Origin: Candidatus Latescibacterota bacterium
GTDB taxonomy: Bacteria; Latescibacterota; UBA2968; UBA8231
NCBI GenBank assembly: GCA_965204725.1
Contig: OZ242005.1
Coordinates: 5,184,001-5,248,000 of the forward strand
Length of the DNA: 64,000 nucleotides
Direction of reading: 5' to 3'
Shown here: one piece after another, positions 36,660 to 46,784 of the stretch
Position numbering within the stretch: position 1 is the first letter of the stretch
How the letters are laid out: every line of letters starts with the position of its first letter
Notes under the pieces: generated by a model
What the model was told of the DNA's origin: nothing
What the model saw: the letters and a program-made list of their open reading frames with translations, nothing else
Databases searched by the model: none
Made by a program: the position numbers and the translations under genes

Positions 36660-37418
36660 TTAAGGGTAAAGGGCGCTCTTCACAATAGCGGCAAACTGCT
36701 CGGCGTCCAGCGCGGCACCGCCGATTAAGCCCCCGTCGATGTTGTCTTGGGCAAAGAGTTCGGCTGCGTTTTCGGGCTTGACGCTGCCGCCGTACTGGAT
36801 GCGCACCTCGTCGTTGGCTGCTTGTCCCAAACGCCCCGCGAGGAAGTGGCGGATCATGGCATGGACCGCTTCGGCCTGCGCGGCCGTCGCCGTCATCCCG
36901 GTGCCAATCGCCCAAACCGGCTCGTACGCCCACAGCACCGCGCTCGCCGCGCTCGCCGCAATTCCGGCTAGCGCACCGCTCACTTGGCCGAGGACGACCT
37001 CCTCAATGCGGCCCTCTTCGCGCTCTTGCAGGGTCTCGCCGACGCAGACGATCGGGTGCAGGCCGGCTTGGAGGGCACGGGCTAGCTTGCGGTTGACCAG
37101 CAAGTCGTCCTCGCCGCAAAACTGCCTTCGCTCGGAGTGCCCTAGCAGCACATAAGAGCAACCGGCCGCCAAGAGCATGTCGGCGGATACTTCGCCGGTG
37201 AAAGCTCCCTGCCGCTCGGAGTGCATGTTCTGGGCCCCCAGCCCAATGGTGCTGTCGGCCAGAGCCGTGTGGACGGCTTGCAGACTCGTGAACGGTGGAC
37301 AGACGACTACTTCTACATCGAGCCCCGCGACGAGGGGGTCGATTGCTTCGACCAGCTCGACAGCCTCGGCAGCGGTCTTGTGCATCTTCCAGTTGCCAGT
37401 GACAATGGGTCGGCGCAT
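36660..37418 (-). CDS. tpiA: Triosephosphate isomerase
   Basis: GNWKM, GHSERR, AYEPVWAIGTG, YGGSVKP. Confidence 0.97.
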   Translation of the reverse strand: MRRPIVTGNWKMHKTAAEAVELVEAIDPLVAGLDVEVVVCPPFTSLQAVHTALADSTIGLGAQNMHSERQGAFTGEVSADMLLAAGCSYVLLGHSERRQFCGEDDLLVNRKLARALQAGLHPIVCVGETLQEREEGRIEEVVLGQVSGALAGIAASAASAVLWAYEPVWAIGTGMTATAAQAEAVHAMIRHFLAGRLGQAANDEVRIQYGGSVKPENAAELFAQDNIDGGLIGGAALDAEQFAAIVKSALYP

Positions 37419-37419
37419 C

Positions 37420-38622
37420 TCAGCCCTCCTCGTCGTCCAAGGCCGCCACCCCGGGCAAGACCCGCCCGCTCATGCACTCCAGCGAAGCCCCGCCCCCAGT
37501 GGAAATGTGGGTCATCGCTTGCGCCAAGCCGGCTTGGGCGATAGCCGCGGCCGTATCCCCCCCGCCAATAATGCTCAACGCGCCCTCGCCGGTGGCGGCC
37601 GCTAGGGCTTGAGCCACCTGTTGGGTCCCCGCGGCAAAGGGCGTCATCTCGCACACTCCGAGGGGGCCGTTCCACACGATGGTGCCCCCGCGGGCGATCT
37701 GGTCGGCGTAGCGCTGCCGGGTCTGGGGGCCGATGTCCATGCCCTGCCAACCGCGCGGTATGGCGTCGCGGGCTACGACTCGCGCTTGGGCGTCGGCCGC
37801 AAAGCGGTCGGCGACCACGCAATCGACGGGAAGCCGGAGATCCAACCCCTCGTTTTCGACGTGGGTCAATAGCTGCCGGGCCGTGTCTATGCGGTCCGCT
37901 TCGAGCAGCGAATCCCCGATTGCGAGGCCCATGGCCTTGAAGAAGGTATAGGCCATGCCGCCGCCGATGAGCAGGGCATCCACTCGCTTGAGCAAGTGCT
38001 CGATCAGCTCGATCTTGCCCGAGATCTTGGCGCCGCCCAACACGGCGGTAAATGGCCGCTGCGGCTGGCGCAGAGCCTCGTCGAGATAGGAAATCTCCCG
38101 CTCCATCAGCAGGCCGCTGGCTCCCCCGCCCAGCCAGCGCGGCACCCCTTCGGTCGAAGCGTGTGCCCGGTGCGCCGCCCCAAAGGCGTCGTTGACGTAA
38201 GCATGGCCTAGCGCGGCCAAGTGCTGGGCAAAAGCCCGCTCGTTTTGCTCCTCTTGCGGGTGGAAGCGCACGTTTTCTAAGAGCAGGACCTGCCCCGGCT
38301 GCAAGGCCGCGGCTTGGGCCGCAACCTCGGCCCCGACGCAGTCTGGGGCCATGCCCACCGCACGGCCCAACAACCGGCTCAGGCACTCGGCTATCGGGGC
38401 CAGCGATAGTGCGGGCACTCGGCGGCCGCAGGGGCGGCCCAAGTGCGACACGAGAATGACGGCGGCCCCCCGCGCCAATAAGTGCTCGACCGTGGGCAGG
38501 GCTGCGCGAATCCGCGTGTCGTCAACAATCTGGCCGACCTCGTCGAGCGGCACGTTGAAATCCACGCGCACGAGCACCCGCTTGCCAGCGACCTCGAGGT
38601 TCCTGATGGTGCGCTTGGCCAT
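37420..38622 (-). CDS. pgk: Phosphoglycerate kinase
   Basis: RVDFNVP, SHLGRP, NDAFGAAHRAHAS, STGGGASLE. Confidence 0.97.
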   Translation of the reverse strand: MAKRTIRNLEVAGKRVLVRVDFNVPLDEVGQIVDDTRIRAALPTVEHLLARGAAVILVSHLGRPCGRRVPALSLAPIAECLSRLLGRAVGMAPDCVGAEVAAQAAALQPGQVLLLENVRFHPQEEQNERAFAQHLAALGHAYVNDAFGAAHRAHASTEGVPRWLGGGASGLLMEREISYLDEALRQPQRPFTAVLGGAKISGKIELIEHLLKRVDALLIGGGMAYTFFKAMGLAIGDSLLEADRIDTARQLLTHVENEGLDLRLPVDCVVADRFAADAQARVVARDAIPRGWQGMDIGPQTRQRYADQIARGGTIVWNGPLGVCEMTPFAAGTQQVAQALAAATGEGALSIIGGGDTAAAIAQAGLAQAMTHISTGGGASLECMSGRVLPGVAALDDEEG

Positions 38623-38626
38623 GGGC

Positions 38627-39679
38627 TTAACCGAAGAATACCGTGGCTAGGTCGTATAGCTCTTGGTCAACCACCTTGAGCTGATCGACCGCATCGGCCA
38701 GTGGGATCGCCACGATTTCGTTGCCTTGCAGGCTGACCATCTTGCCGAAGTCGTTGGCGTGAACCAAGTCGATGGCGGCAATGCCAAAGCGCGTGCCCAA
38801 AACCCGGTCGAAGGCCGTGGGCGTCCCCCCGCGCTGCAAGTGGCCCAGCACCGTAACTCGCGTCTCGTAGCTCGTCGCCTCCTCAACGGCGTTGGCGACG
38901 AGTTGGCCGATGCCGCCCAACTTGACGTGGCCGAACTCGTCGCGCCCCCCCTCGGAGACCACGTATTCGTCCGCCCCGCCTTCCTCAGAAACAAGTTGCA
39001 CCCCCTCAGCCACGACCACGATCGAAAAGTCCTTGCCGCGCTCGTGTCGCTTGCGGATGGTGCTGACGACTTCCTCAACGGTGTATTTCTGCTCGGGGAT
39101 GAGAATCATGTCTGCGCCCCCGGCCAAGCCCGCGTGGAGGGCGATCCAACCGCTGTGCCGCCCCATGACCTCGACGACCATCACTCGATTGTGGGATTCG
39201 GCCGTGGTGTGGATGCGGTCGATGGCCTCGGTGACGATGTTGACCGCCGTGTCAAAGCCAAAGGTGTAGTCCGTGCCGCTCAGGTCGTTGTCGATGGTCT
39301 TGGGCACCCCCACGACCGGGACTCCTAGGAGCGCCAGCTTGTTGGCCACCCCCAGCGTGTCCTCGCCGCCGATAGCCACGAGCGCGTCCAGCTTCATCCG
39401 CCGCATGTTGTCGATGACGATTTCGCCGCCGTCTTCTTGTTTGAGCGGGTTAGTGCGCGACGTGCCGAGGATGGTGCCGCCCTTGGGCAAAATGCCGGAA
39501 ATCTCCCGCAGATCCAAGGGCTCCCAGTCGCATTCCATCATCCCTTTCCAGCCCTTGAGGATGCCGCGAAAGCGGTATCGATAGGCCGTAATGCCCTTGC
39601 GCACCACCGCGCGAATGACGGCGTTAAGGCCCGGACAATCGCCGCCGCCGGTCAATATGCCGATCGTCTTTTCGGCCAT
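38627..39679 (-). CDS. pfkA: 6-phosphofructokinase, group III, probably PPi-dependent
   Basis: TGGGDCPGLN, GGEDT, PKTIDND, EVMGRH, LGHLQRGG. Confidence 0.9.
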   Translation of the reverse strand: MAEKTIGILTGGGDCPGLNAVIRAVVRKGITAYRYRFRGILKGWKGMMECDWEPLDLREISGILPKGGTILGTSRTNPLKQEDGGEIVIDNMRRMKLDALVAIGGEDTLGVANKLALLGVPVVGVPKTIDNDLSGTDYTFGFDTAVNIVTEAIDRIHTTAESHNRVMVVEVMGRHSGWIALHAGLAGGADMILIPEQKYTVEEVVSTIRKRHERGKDFSIVVVAEGVQLVSEEGGADEYVVSEGGRDEFGHVKLGGIGQLVANAVEEATSYETRVTVLGHLQRGGTPTAFDRVLGTRFGIAAIDLVHANDFGKMVSLQGNEIVAIPLADAVDQLKVVDQELYDLATVFFG

Positions 39680-39768
39680 ATTCGGACTCCTTGGTTCGTG
39701 GTCAACTCTGATTGCAGCTTGCAATATGGGGGGTTTCAAAAAGGGCTAAATGTAGGTGATTATTGGAA

Positions 39769-40437
39769 TTAGGTCAATAGATCGTCGCCGCCCGAGCGCG
39801 CCAAGACAACGGCCCATAAGCGGTCGCCGCCCACGGCTTGGGCACAAGCGGCCATGGTCTCGCCGGTCGTCCACACGTCATCTACGATCCCGATGCGGGT
39901 GCTTGCGGGCGGCGCGGCGCGGCGGACAAAGGCACCGCAGAGGTTGGCGCGGCGTTCCTCGGCCGACAACAGGGCTTGCTGCCGAGTATTTCGCCGGCGG
40001 CGCACGAGCTGGTGGCATACGGGAATGCCGAGTGCGGCACTCAACCCAGCGGCGATTTCCGCGCTCTGATTGAACCCGCGCTCCCGCAACCGGGCCGGGT
40101 GCAAGGGCACGGGCAACAAGCAATCGACCGGAGCGAGCTGATCGGCCAAGCACTGCCCCATGCGCTCGCCCAATGCCCTCCCTAGCCGCGCTTGGTTGCG
40201 AAATTTAAGCGCGTAAATGGCCTGTTGCAGCACTCCGGTGAACGGCCCCAAGGCGACGACCTTTTCAAACGCCCGTCCGCCGGCCTCGGCCGGAGGATGC
40301 GGGTGGCGCGGCTCAATCGCCGCCCAGCACGATTGGCACAACAGGGCGGCGGCCTCAATGTCCGCTTCGCACACCGCGCAGTGCGGCGGATAGGCAAAGT
40401 CCAACAGGGCGCGGCCCCACGTCTGTAGTGTTTCCAT
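39769..40437 (-). CDS. comF: ComF family protein (Zn ribbon + phosphoribosyltransferase-like)
   Basis: CAVC..CQSC, PVPLH...RGFNQ, VDDVWTTG. Confidence 0.88.
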   Translation of the reverse strand: METLQTWGRALLDFAYPPHCAVCEADIEAAALLCQSCWAAIEPRHPHPPAEAGGRAFEKVVALGPFTGVLQQAIYALKFRNQARLGRALGERMGQCLADQLAPVDCLLPVPLHPARLRERGFNQSAEIAAGLSAALGIPVCHQLVRRRRNTRQQALLSAEERRANLCGAFVRRAAPPASTRIGIVDDVWTTGETMAACAQAVGGDRLWAVVLARSGGDDLLT

Positions 40438-40619
40438 TTTGTCCGCTTCGTTACCCAGAGCCTACATCAGGGACAGTTATACTGCGTTGCGTATAACCAA
40501 GAAAAAAACGTGCCAAGCCAACGTGCTACGCGCTGCGTTGCGGTTGCCACAGTCGATCCTTTTTTCGTATTTCCGATAGCGGCGGTAACACAACTCACCC
40601 TCCGGACAAAGGATCGGTT

Positions 40620-43508
40620 ATGCCCCTCCTATACGCGCTCTTCTTTCTCGCCTTGGCCGAGGCCCTGCCCGCACAATACAAACTGCTGCACGGCCCAGAC
40701 CCCAAAGACCCCATGCAGGCCCACATCTACCAGTTGGACAATGGCCTGACGGTCTATTTGACCCAAAACAAAGAGGAGCCGCGCTTTTACGCCGAAATCG
40801 CCGTGCGCGCTGGTTCCAAGCACGACCCCCAAGACGCCACCGGCATTGCCCACTATCTGGAGCACATGCTCTTCAAGGGCAGCCAAAAAATCGGCACCCT
40901 CGACTACGAAAAGGAGCAGGTTCACCTCGACCGGATCGAAGCACTCTACGAGCAGCACTTTGGCGAGACCGATCCAGAAAAAAGGGCCGCGATCTACGCC
41001 CAGATCAACGCCGAGAACCAACTTGCCGCGGCCTACGCCATTCCCAATGAACTCGACCGCCTCTACACCGCGATGGGCGAGCGCGGGCTCAACGCCCACA
41101 CTTGGGTCGAGGAAACCGTCTATAAGGTGGAACTGCCAGCCAATCGCCTAGCGCAATGGGCCAAGACCGAGGCCGAGCGCTTCCACGAGCCCGTTTTCCG
41201 CCTCTTCCAAACCGAGTTGGAAACCGTCTATGAAGAGAAAAACCGCTCCCTCGACAACAAAGGCCGCGTCATCCGCAAGGCCGTGCAGGAGCAGTTCTAC
41301 AAAGCCCATCCCTACCGCGTCCCCACGCTGGGCACCGTAGAGCACCTGAAAAACCCCTCGCTAAAGCGCATGTACGAGTTCTACCACTCGTACTACGTGC
41401 CCAACAACATGGCGATCTTCATCTCGGGCGACATCGATCTCGACGAGACCATCCAGCTTATCGAGCGCGAATTTTCTCTTTGGGAACGCAGGGAACTTCC
41501 GCCCTTTCCCGCCTACCCAGAGCCGGCACTCAATCAAGTGGAACGAGTCGAGGTGCAGTACCCGGGCGAGGAATACGTGCTTTTGGCCTTTCGCACCGCC
41601 CAGCGCATGCACGAGGACGCCGAGGCCCTGCAAATCCTCGATATGATCCTCGACAACGCCACGGCCGGGCTGATCAACCTCAATCTCAATCAGCAGCAGA
41701 AGGTGCGCGAAGCCGGCTCCTATCCTTACCTACTCAACGACTACGGCACCCAGTACTTGTGGGGCATTCCCAAACAGGGCCAGACCCTTGAGGAGGTCGA
41801 GGCCCTGCTGTTGGAGCAGATCGACCTGATCAAGGAGGGGCAATTCGACGATTGGATCATCCCGGCCATTGTCACCGATTTCACGAAGAGCGTAAAGCAA
41901 GGGCAGGAAAGCAACAGTTCTCGGGTCAGCTTTATGCGCGATTCGTATCTCGGGTTTGAGGAATGGAGCCACGCGGTGCGCGCCCTCGACCGCATGGGCA
42001 AAATCGACAAGCGACGTATTGTCGAAGTCGCCAACAGCTATTTCAACGGAGGGTATGTCGCTGGCTATCGCCGCGATGGCGAGCAGGACATACCCGAGAT
42101 TGCCAAGCCGCCGATCGACAAAATCGACATCGACGCCGCGCGCCAATCGGCCTTTTTCGCCGAGATCATGGCCATGCCCTTTGCGGAGATTGAGCCGACC
42201 TACCTCGTGCCCGAGCGCGACTTTACCACCCGTGAGCTAGCGGGCGGCAACAAGCTCTACTACGCCCGCAACCCGCTCAACGACCTCTTCGACTTTTCCA
42301 TCGCGATCGACATCGGCTCCCTAGCCGAAAATCGCCTCCCCATAGCCCGCGAGTTGCTCGACAAGTCGGGGACTGCGCGTTTTACCTCCGAAGTGCTGAA
42401 AAAGGAGTGGTACAAGTTGGGCACCAACTTTAGGATGAGCGTCGGCGACCAAGAGACCACGATTTCCATCGCGGGCCTCGACGACAACTTCGCCGCGTCG
42501 CTCGCCTTGTTGTCCGAACTGATGCGCGGCCCAACCACGGACGACGCCACGCTCGCCGAGCTTCAGGCCATCATCATCGATCGTCGCGACGACGCGCTCA
42601 AGGACCATCGCACCATTCACGAAGCACTCTACCGCTACCACCGCTTAGGCGACCGGGCGTACTACCGCCGAGTGTTGTCCAACGAGGAAGTCCGCGCTCT
42701 GGAGCGCCAAGAGCTTCTGGACCTACTCAGCGGCTTGCTCGCCTATCGCCAGACCCTCAGCTACACCGGGTCGCAAACCATCGAGGACGTACAAGCGATC
42801 CTCGCCCAGCACTATTCATTGCCGGCGTCGCCGGTCGAGCCGCCGCCCTATCAGGTCCTAGATTTTACCCAGCCCGAAAAAACCCAGATTTACTTCTTTG
42901 ACAAGGAAATGGCCCAAGCCCTAGTGCGGATCGAATACGTGGACGTACCCTACCAAGCGGCGCTGGAGCCAGCCATCGAGCTATTCAACGACTACTTCTA
43001 CGGCGGCATGGCTGGCATTGTATTCCAAGAAATCCGCGAAGCGCGCGCCCTTGCGTACTCGGTGGGTGCGCTCTACTTCAACGGCCGCGACCAAGCCGAC
43101 TACAACTACATGGTCGGCGGCATGGGCACTCAAGCCGACAAGACGCCCGAGGCGGTTGCGGCCTTCGTCGGCTTGCTCGACGACATGCCGGCCTCGCCCG
43201 AGCGCTTTGCCTCGGCCCAGCTTTCAGTGCTCAACAAGTACCGCACGGAACGGCTCGGGTTCCGCTCGGTGCTGGGGGCCGTGCGCGGCTGGGAGCGCAA
43301 GGGGCTGGCCGGCGACCCGCGCGCTGGGCGTTTTGTGCAGATCCAAGCCAGCCACCTCGACGAGGTGCTCGAATTTTACCGCCAGCACGTCGAGGGCCGC
43401 CCCAAGCTGATTTCGATCACGGGCGACAAGAGCAAAATGGACTTAGAGGCCCTAGCCGCGCAGGGCGAGCTCATCGAACTGGGCTTGGGGGACCTGTTCG
43501 CCTTCTGA
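40620..43508 (+). CDS. M16 family (insulinase-like) zinc metallopeptidase, secreted
   Basis: Signal peptide, LDNGLTV, GIAHYLEHMLFKG, EIREARALAYS. Confidence 0.92.
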   Translation: MPLLYALFFLALAEALPAQYKLLHGPDPKDPMQAHIYQLDNGLTVYLTQNKEEPRFYAEIAVRAGSKHDPQDATGIAHYLEHMLFKGSQKIGTLDYEKEQVHLDRIEALYEQHFGETDPEKRAAIYAQINAENQLAAAYAIPNELDRLYTAMGERGLNAHTWVEETVYKVELPANRLAQWAKTEAERFHEPVFRLFQTELETVYEEKNRSLDNKGRVIRKAVQEQFYKAHPYRVPTLGTVEHLKNPSLKRMYEFYHSYYVPNNMAIFISGDIDLDETIQLIEREFSLWERRELPPFPAYPEPALNQVERVEVQYPGEEYVLLAFRTAQRMHEDAEALQILDMILDNATAGLINLNLNQQQKVREAGSYPYLLNDYGTQYLWGIPKQGQTLEEVEALLLEQIDLIKEGQFDDWIIPAIVTDFTKSVKQGQESNSSRVSFMRDSYLGFEEWSHAVRALDRMGKIDKRRIVEVANSYFNGGYVAGYRRDGEQDIPEIAKPPIDKIDIDAARQSAFFAEIMAMPFAEIEPTYLVPERDFTTRELAGGNKLYYARNPLNDLFDFSIAIDIGSLAENRLPIARELLDKSGTARFTSEVLKKEWYKLGTNFRMSVGDQETTISIAGLDDNFAASLALLSELMRGPTTDDATLAELQAIIIDRRDDALKDHRTIHEALYRYHRLGDRAYYRRVLSNEEVRALERQELLDLLSGLLAYRQTLSYTGSQTIEDVQAILAQHYSLPASPVEPPPYQVLDFTQPEKTQIYFFDKEMAQALVRIEYVDVPYQAALEPAIELFNDYFYGGMAGIVFQEIREARALAYSVGALYFNGRDQADYNYMVGGMGTQADKTPEAVAAFVGLLDDMPASPERFASAQLSVLNKYRTERLGFRSVLGAVRGWERKGLAGDPRAGRFVQIQASHLDEVLEFYRQHVEGRPKLISITGDKSKMDLEALAAQGELIELGLGDLFAF

Positions 43509-43514
43509 GTCCTG

Positions 43515-43543
43515 TTGACAAAGCTCGCCCCACCGCCTAGCTT
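43515..43543 (+). promoter_or_regulatory. Sigma70 promoter for tRNA-Met
   Basis: TTGACA-17 bp-TAGCTT. Confidence 0.7.
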
Positions 43544-43558
43544 GTACGGCGCGTTTTT

Positions 43559-43635
43559 GGCGGCGTAGCTCAGTTGGTTAGAGCAGTGGAATCATAATCC
43601 ATGGGTCGGGGGTTCGAGTCCCTTCGCCGCTACCA
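43559..43635 (+). tRNA. tRNA-Met(CAT), elongator type
   Basis: GGCGGCGTAGCTCAGTTGGTTAGAGCA GTGGA-ATCATAA-TCCAT...GGTTCGAGTCC...ACCA; lacks initiator features. Confidence 0.9.
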
Positions 43636-43647
43636 TTTTCACACAGA

Positions 43648-43690
43648 AGGCACTTGCGAATGAATGCAATCGCAAGTGCCTTTTGCTTTG
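43648..43690 (+). terminator. Intrinsic terminator after tRNA-Met
   Basis: AAGGCACTTGCGA...TCGCAAGTGCCTT followed by a T-rich tail. Confidence 0.8.
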
Positions 43691-43724
43691 CGGGTACTCC
43701 CTTACTACACGACACGACACCAAA

Positions 43725-43785
43725 GGATCGAGGGCATCTTGCCCTCGTCGAGGGCGGGACGCCCTCGATCCCGGACGTAGCGGCA
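43725..43785. repeat. REP-like palindromic element, copy 2 (inverted)
   Basis: Reverse complement of 30181-30241 with one mismatch. Confidence 0.85.
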
Positions 43786-43810
43786 TTTCTGCGCCGACGA
43801 TGACGACGGC

Positions 43811-46711
43811 TCAAAACTCCGTGAAAACCACCGCCTCAAGGCGCGAATCCCCTTCGTCAAAACGGTAGGCGTAGCGCATGCCCATATCGAGCGGAATCGG
43901 CAGCGAAAAAGGGTAGAAATTCGTCGTTAGCTCGGCCCCGGTTGATTGGTAGATTGCAGGGGGCTGGGCGTCGTCCTCGCCGCGGCCGTAGTCGTAAAAG
44001 AGATTGGCCTTGACGCGCTTGAAATACAACAACGCCCCCAAGTTCCAGTCCGGGTAAAACAGCGGCAGCGCGTAGCTGACTGCCCCTTGGTAGAAGCGGC
44101 GGTGAAACTCGTACCCGTAGCCGCGGACAAAGGGCTGTTCGCTTGCAAAGCGGTAGGGATGGGCATCGGCTTGGGCTGCGGCCGGCTCCTGTCGTTCGAA
44201 AGCACCCGCCAAGCGCAAGCTGTGGTGGGCCGCCAGACCGGGGACGAGAAACTCTAAGCGTCCCGACAGCAAAGTGCCGTCGTAGTCGCCGGCAAGGGGC
44301 GTGTGGCGGTAGATCAATCGCAGGCTCTGGCCCCACGCCGGGACCAGATCGCGCACCGCCGCCTGACGCCCCCGCCGAAAGGTTAGCTGGTACGTCAGCG
44401 GCGCGAAGCGTCCGTTGTGGTTTTTGGTCACCACATCTTTTACTTCTTGCTTCGCGCTGCTTGCATTGGGCCAGTAGAGGTCGTCCGCGGGCCGGTTGAG
44501 ATGGTTCCGTCCGGCGATATCGATCCATTCGGCCTGTGCGCTCAAACGGGCCACAGCCCAATAGGGGCCGCGAGAAAAATTTAACGGCAGTTCGACGCCG
44601 ATTCGCAGGCTTTTTTCCGTCCACTTATCGGTTATTTCTCGCTCTTGGACCGCGAAGCTGCCGTCTTTGGCTTCCCTCGTTTTGGTCGCGTAGTCTTCGG
44701 CCCGCTCGCCCCAACGCCCGCCCACCCTGAAAACGGGATACCACGCCGCCAAGCTGAAATCGCCTAAAGCACTGAAGGCGCGCTCGTTGCTGTTGTATTC
44801 GACCCCGCCGCTCAGGCTGCTGAGATCGAGCAAGTCGCTGGACAGGAGACTGAGGCCATAGCGCGGCGCAGAGGGTGAGAGTGACCAGCTGTGGATCTGG
44901 AGCAGATGGCCCAGCGGCCGATAGCGGCTCACCGGGTAAGCCCGCTGCGGAATATCCGCCAATACGGAGCCGCCCTGCTCTTGGTCAATCAGGGGTTCCC
45001 AATAGCGCACTTGGCGGTCCGCGCCCTGCTCGACCGGAGTCCAAGCCGCCGGGTCCAAAGCCATGACCGCGATGCGGTAGCCGTCAACTGTGTATTCCTC
45101 GAACCACAGTGAATCGCCGGCCACGGCCGCGTGGCTGGCCGCCAGCGGTCGAGCGGTCACCGCGTAGCGGGCCGCGCTGGGCAGGTGAACGGCGTGGATG
45201 TTGTCGATGCCAGCATGAGGAGCGTCGAACAGCAGGTAGGAACCCCAGAAGACCGGCCAGCCAATGTCGGCGCGGGTGTGCGGTAACACGATCGCCCCGT
45301 TGCCATCGGCCACGGCAATGCGTTCGAGCGCGTTGCCGCGGTCGTCCTGCCGTACCACGGCGATATGACGCCCGTCCTCGGACCATGCCGGCGTGCGCCA
45401 AAACACTCCGTCGGGGGCCGGAAAACGAGCCTGCTCCGCGCCGCTGGTGGCCGCCAACAACACCAAGTGGCAGTGCCGATCCGGTCCGAATTCTATCGCG
45501 GCGACGCGCTCGCCATCGGGGGAAAGAGCGGGGGCGAACAACTTGGCCTTGTGGGTGAGTTGGCGCGTCTGGCCGCTGTCTATATCCAACACCACCACAT
45601 CGGAATAGTCGCGATAGCCCCAGCGCGGGTCCGGGGTGTAGCGGTTCCAGACCAGTTTGCCGCCGGCCGAGCGGATGCCGCCGAGGGATTGGTAAAAGCG
45701 CACGCGCTCTTCGCGGCCGTCGGGGTGTAGCCGCACCAGCGTCGGCGGGTCGGCCAAGCCGTGCTTACTCGCGAGTACGCTGCCATCGGCTAGCGGGTGC
45801 GGATATTTGTAGTTGGTCCAGATGCCCGACCGGCTCTGCCCAGCGAGCACCCGCAACGGCGTCGTGGGCAGGTCTTGCTGCTGCGCTCGCCATAGCCCGG
45901 CCAACTCGTCCATGGTCCGCTCGTACGTCTGGGCGGCACTGTCGCCGGTGTATTTCTTGAGCGCCCGGCTGAAGGCAAAGGGGTGAAAGCCCCAGCGGGC
46001 GGTGCGCCCCATCACTTGGTCCCAGACCTCCGGTCCGTGGCGGCGCTTGACGTAGGTCGTCATAAAATATCCCAACTCGTAGTGGCTGGGGTACCAATCG
46101 CGGTACGATCTGTGGAGGGCCTTGTAGTAGGAATAGTGCCGTCCCGCCAGCAGCAGGGCACGGATGTCCAGCGTGAACCGGGGCATGCGTCCGCGCCCGG
46201 TCTGGCTCAGCGCGGTCTCGATCCCCACCGCATCCCCCTCCCAGAACCACGGCGGTACCAACAAAGCACTCGCCACGGCTTGGCCTTGTTCGCCGGACAA
46301 GACCCACGCCAAGCGGACGAGGCCCCGGCGCATGCGGTCGAACTGCACCACGTGGCGCGTCTCGTGGATCGCCAGCAGTTGGTACCACTCGCCGCTGGAC
46401 AGCCCCGCGTTCTGGGGCGGGGTGCTGAACCACACACTGCGCCGCGGCATCAAGGAGACAAAGCCGTTGGCTTGGGTCGATTGGTTGGCCAGCACGACCT
46501 TTAGCGGTTTTTGCGGCCCCCGTAGCGTTTTGGAGACCGGCGCGTAGATGTGTTCGAGTGTATTGGCCACCCGCTGGGCGTCGGTGGTGATCGCCGCCGG
46601 GAAAACAACCGTGAATCGCTCCGTTTGGATCTGCTGCCAGTCCAAACCGGGCGGGTTTTGCGCGACCGCCGGGCCGACGATCAACGCAACCAGCACGACT
46701 GCTTTTAGCAT
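43811..46711 (-). CDS. Outer-membrane protein: HExxH zincin-like N-terminus, TolB-like beta-propeller, Omp85-like C-terminal barrel
   Basis: Signal peptide; IHETRH...PWFWEGDA; PALSPDG/PAWSEDG repeats; FVRGY, LFYDYG, STGAEL; C-terminal F. Confidence 0.75.
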   Translation of the reverse strand: MLKAVVLVALIVGPAVAQNPPGLDWQQIQTERFTVVFPAAITTDAQRVANTLEHIYAPVSKTLRGPQKPLKVVLANQSTQANGFVSLMPRRSVWFSTPPQNAGLSSGEWYQLLAIHETRHVVQFDRMRRGLVRLAWVLSGEQGQAVASALLVPPWFWEGDAVGIETALSQTGRGRMPRFTLDIRALLLAGRHYSYYKALHRSYRDWYPSHYELGYFMTTYVKRRHGPEVWDQVMGRTARWGFHPFAFSRALKKYTGDSAAQTYERTMDELAGLWRAQQQDLPTTPLRVLAGQSRSGIWTNYKYPHPLADGSVLASKHGLADPPTLVRLHPDGREERVRFYQSLGGIRSAGGKLVWNRYTPDPRWGYRDYSDVVVLDIDSGQTRQLTHKAKLFAPALSPDGERVAAIEFGPDRHCHLVLLAATSGAEQARFPAPDGVFWRTPAWSEDGRHIAVVRQDDRGNALERIAVADGNGAIVLPHTRADIGWPVFWGSYLLFDAPHAGIDNIHAVHLPSAARYAVTARPLAASHAAVAGDSLWFEEYTVDGYRIAVMALDPAAWTPVEQGADRQVRYWEPLIDQEQGGSVLADIPQRAYPVSRYRPLGHLLQIHSWSLSPSAPRYGLSLLSSDLLDLSSLSGGVEYNSNERAFSALGDFSLAAWYPVFRVGGRWGERAEDYATKTREAKDGSFAVQEREITDKWTEKSLRIGVELPLNFSRGPYWAVARLSAQAEWIDIAGRNHLNRPADDLYWPNASSAKQEVKDVVTKNHNGRFAPLTYQLTFRRGRQAAVRDLVPAWGQSLRLIYRHTPLAGDYDGTLLSGRLEFLVPGLAAHHSLRLAGAFERQEPAAAQADAHPYRFASEQPFVRGYGYEFHRRFYQGAVSYALPLFYPDWNLGALLYFKRVKANLFYDYGRGEDDAQPPAIYQSTGAELTTNFYPFSLPIPLDMGMRYAYRFDEGDSRLEAVVFTEF

Positions 46712-46784
46712 CCGCAAGCGCCTTTTGCTCAAAGTGGTTTCACAACTTGCAAGAGGTATGCGTTTTTTTAACTTTTTCCCCGTC

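Noticed and set aside
40501-40516. Sigma54-like site upstream of comF (TTGGCACGTTTTTTTC on the minus strand)
   Set aside because: The -24 element is good but the conserved -12 GC is replaced by TC, so it was not called.
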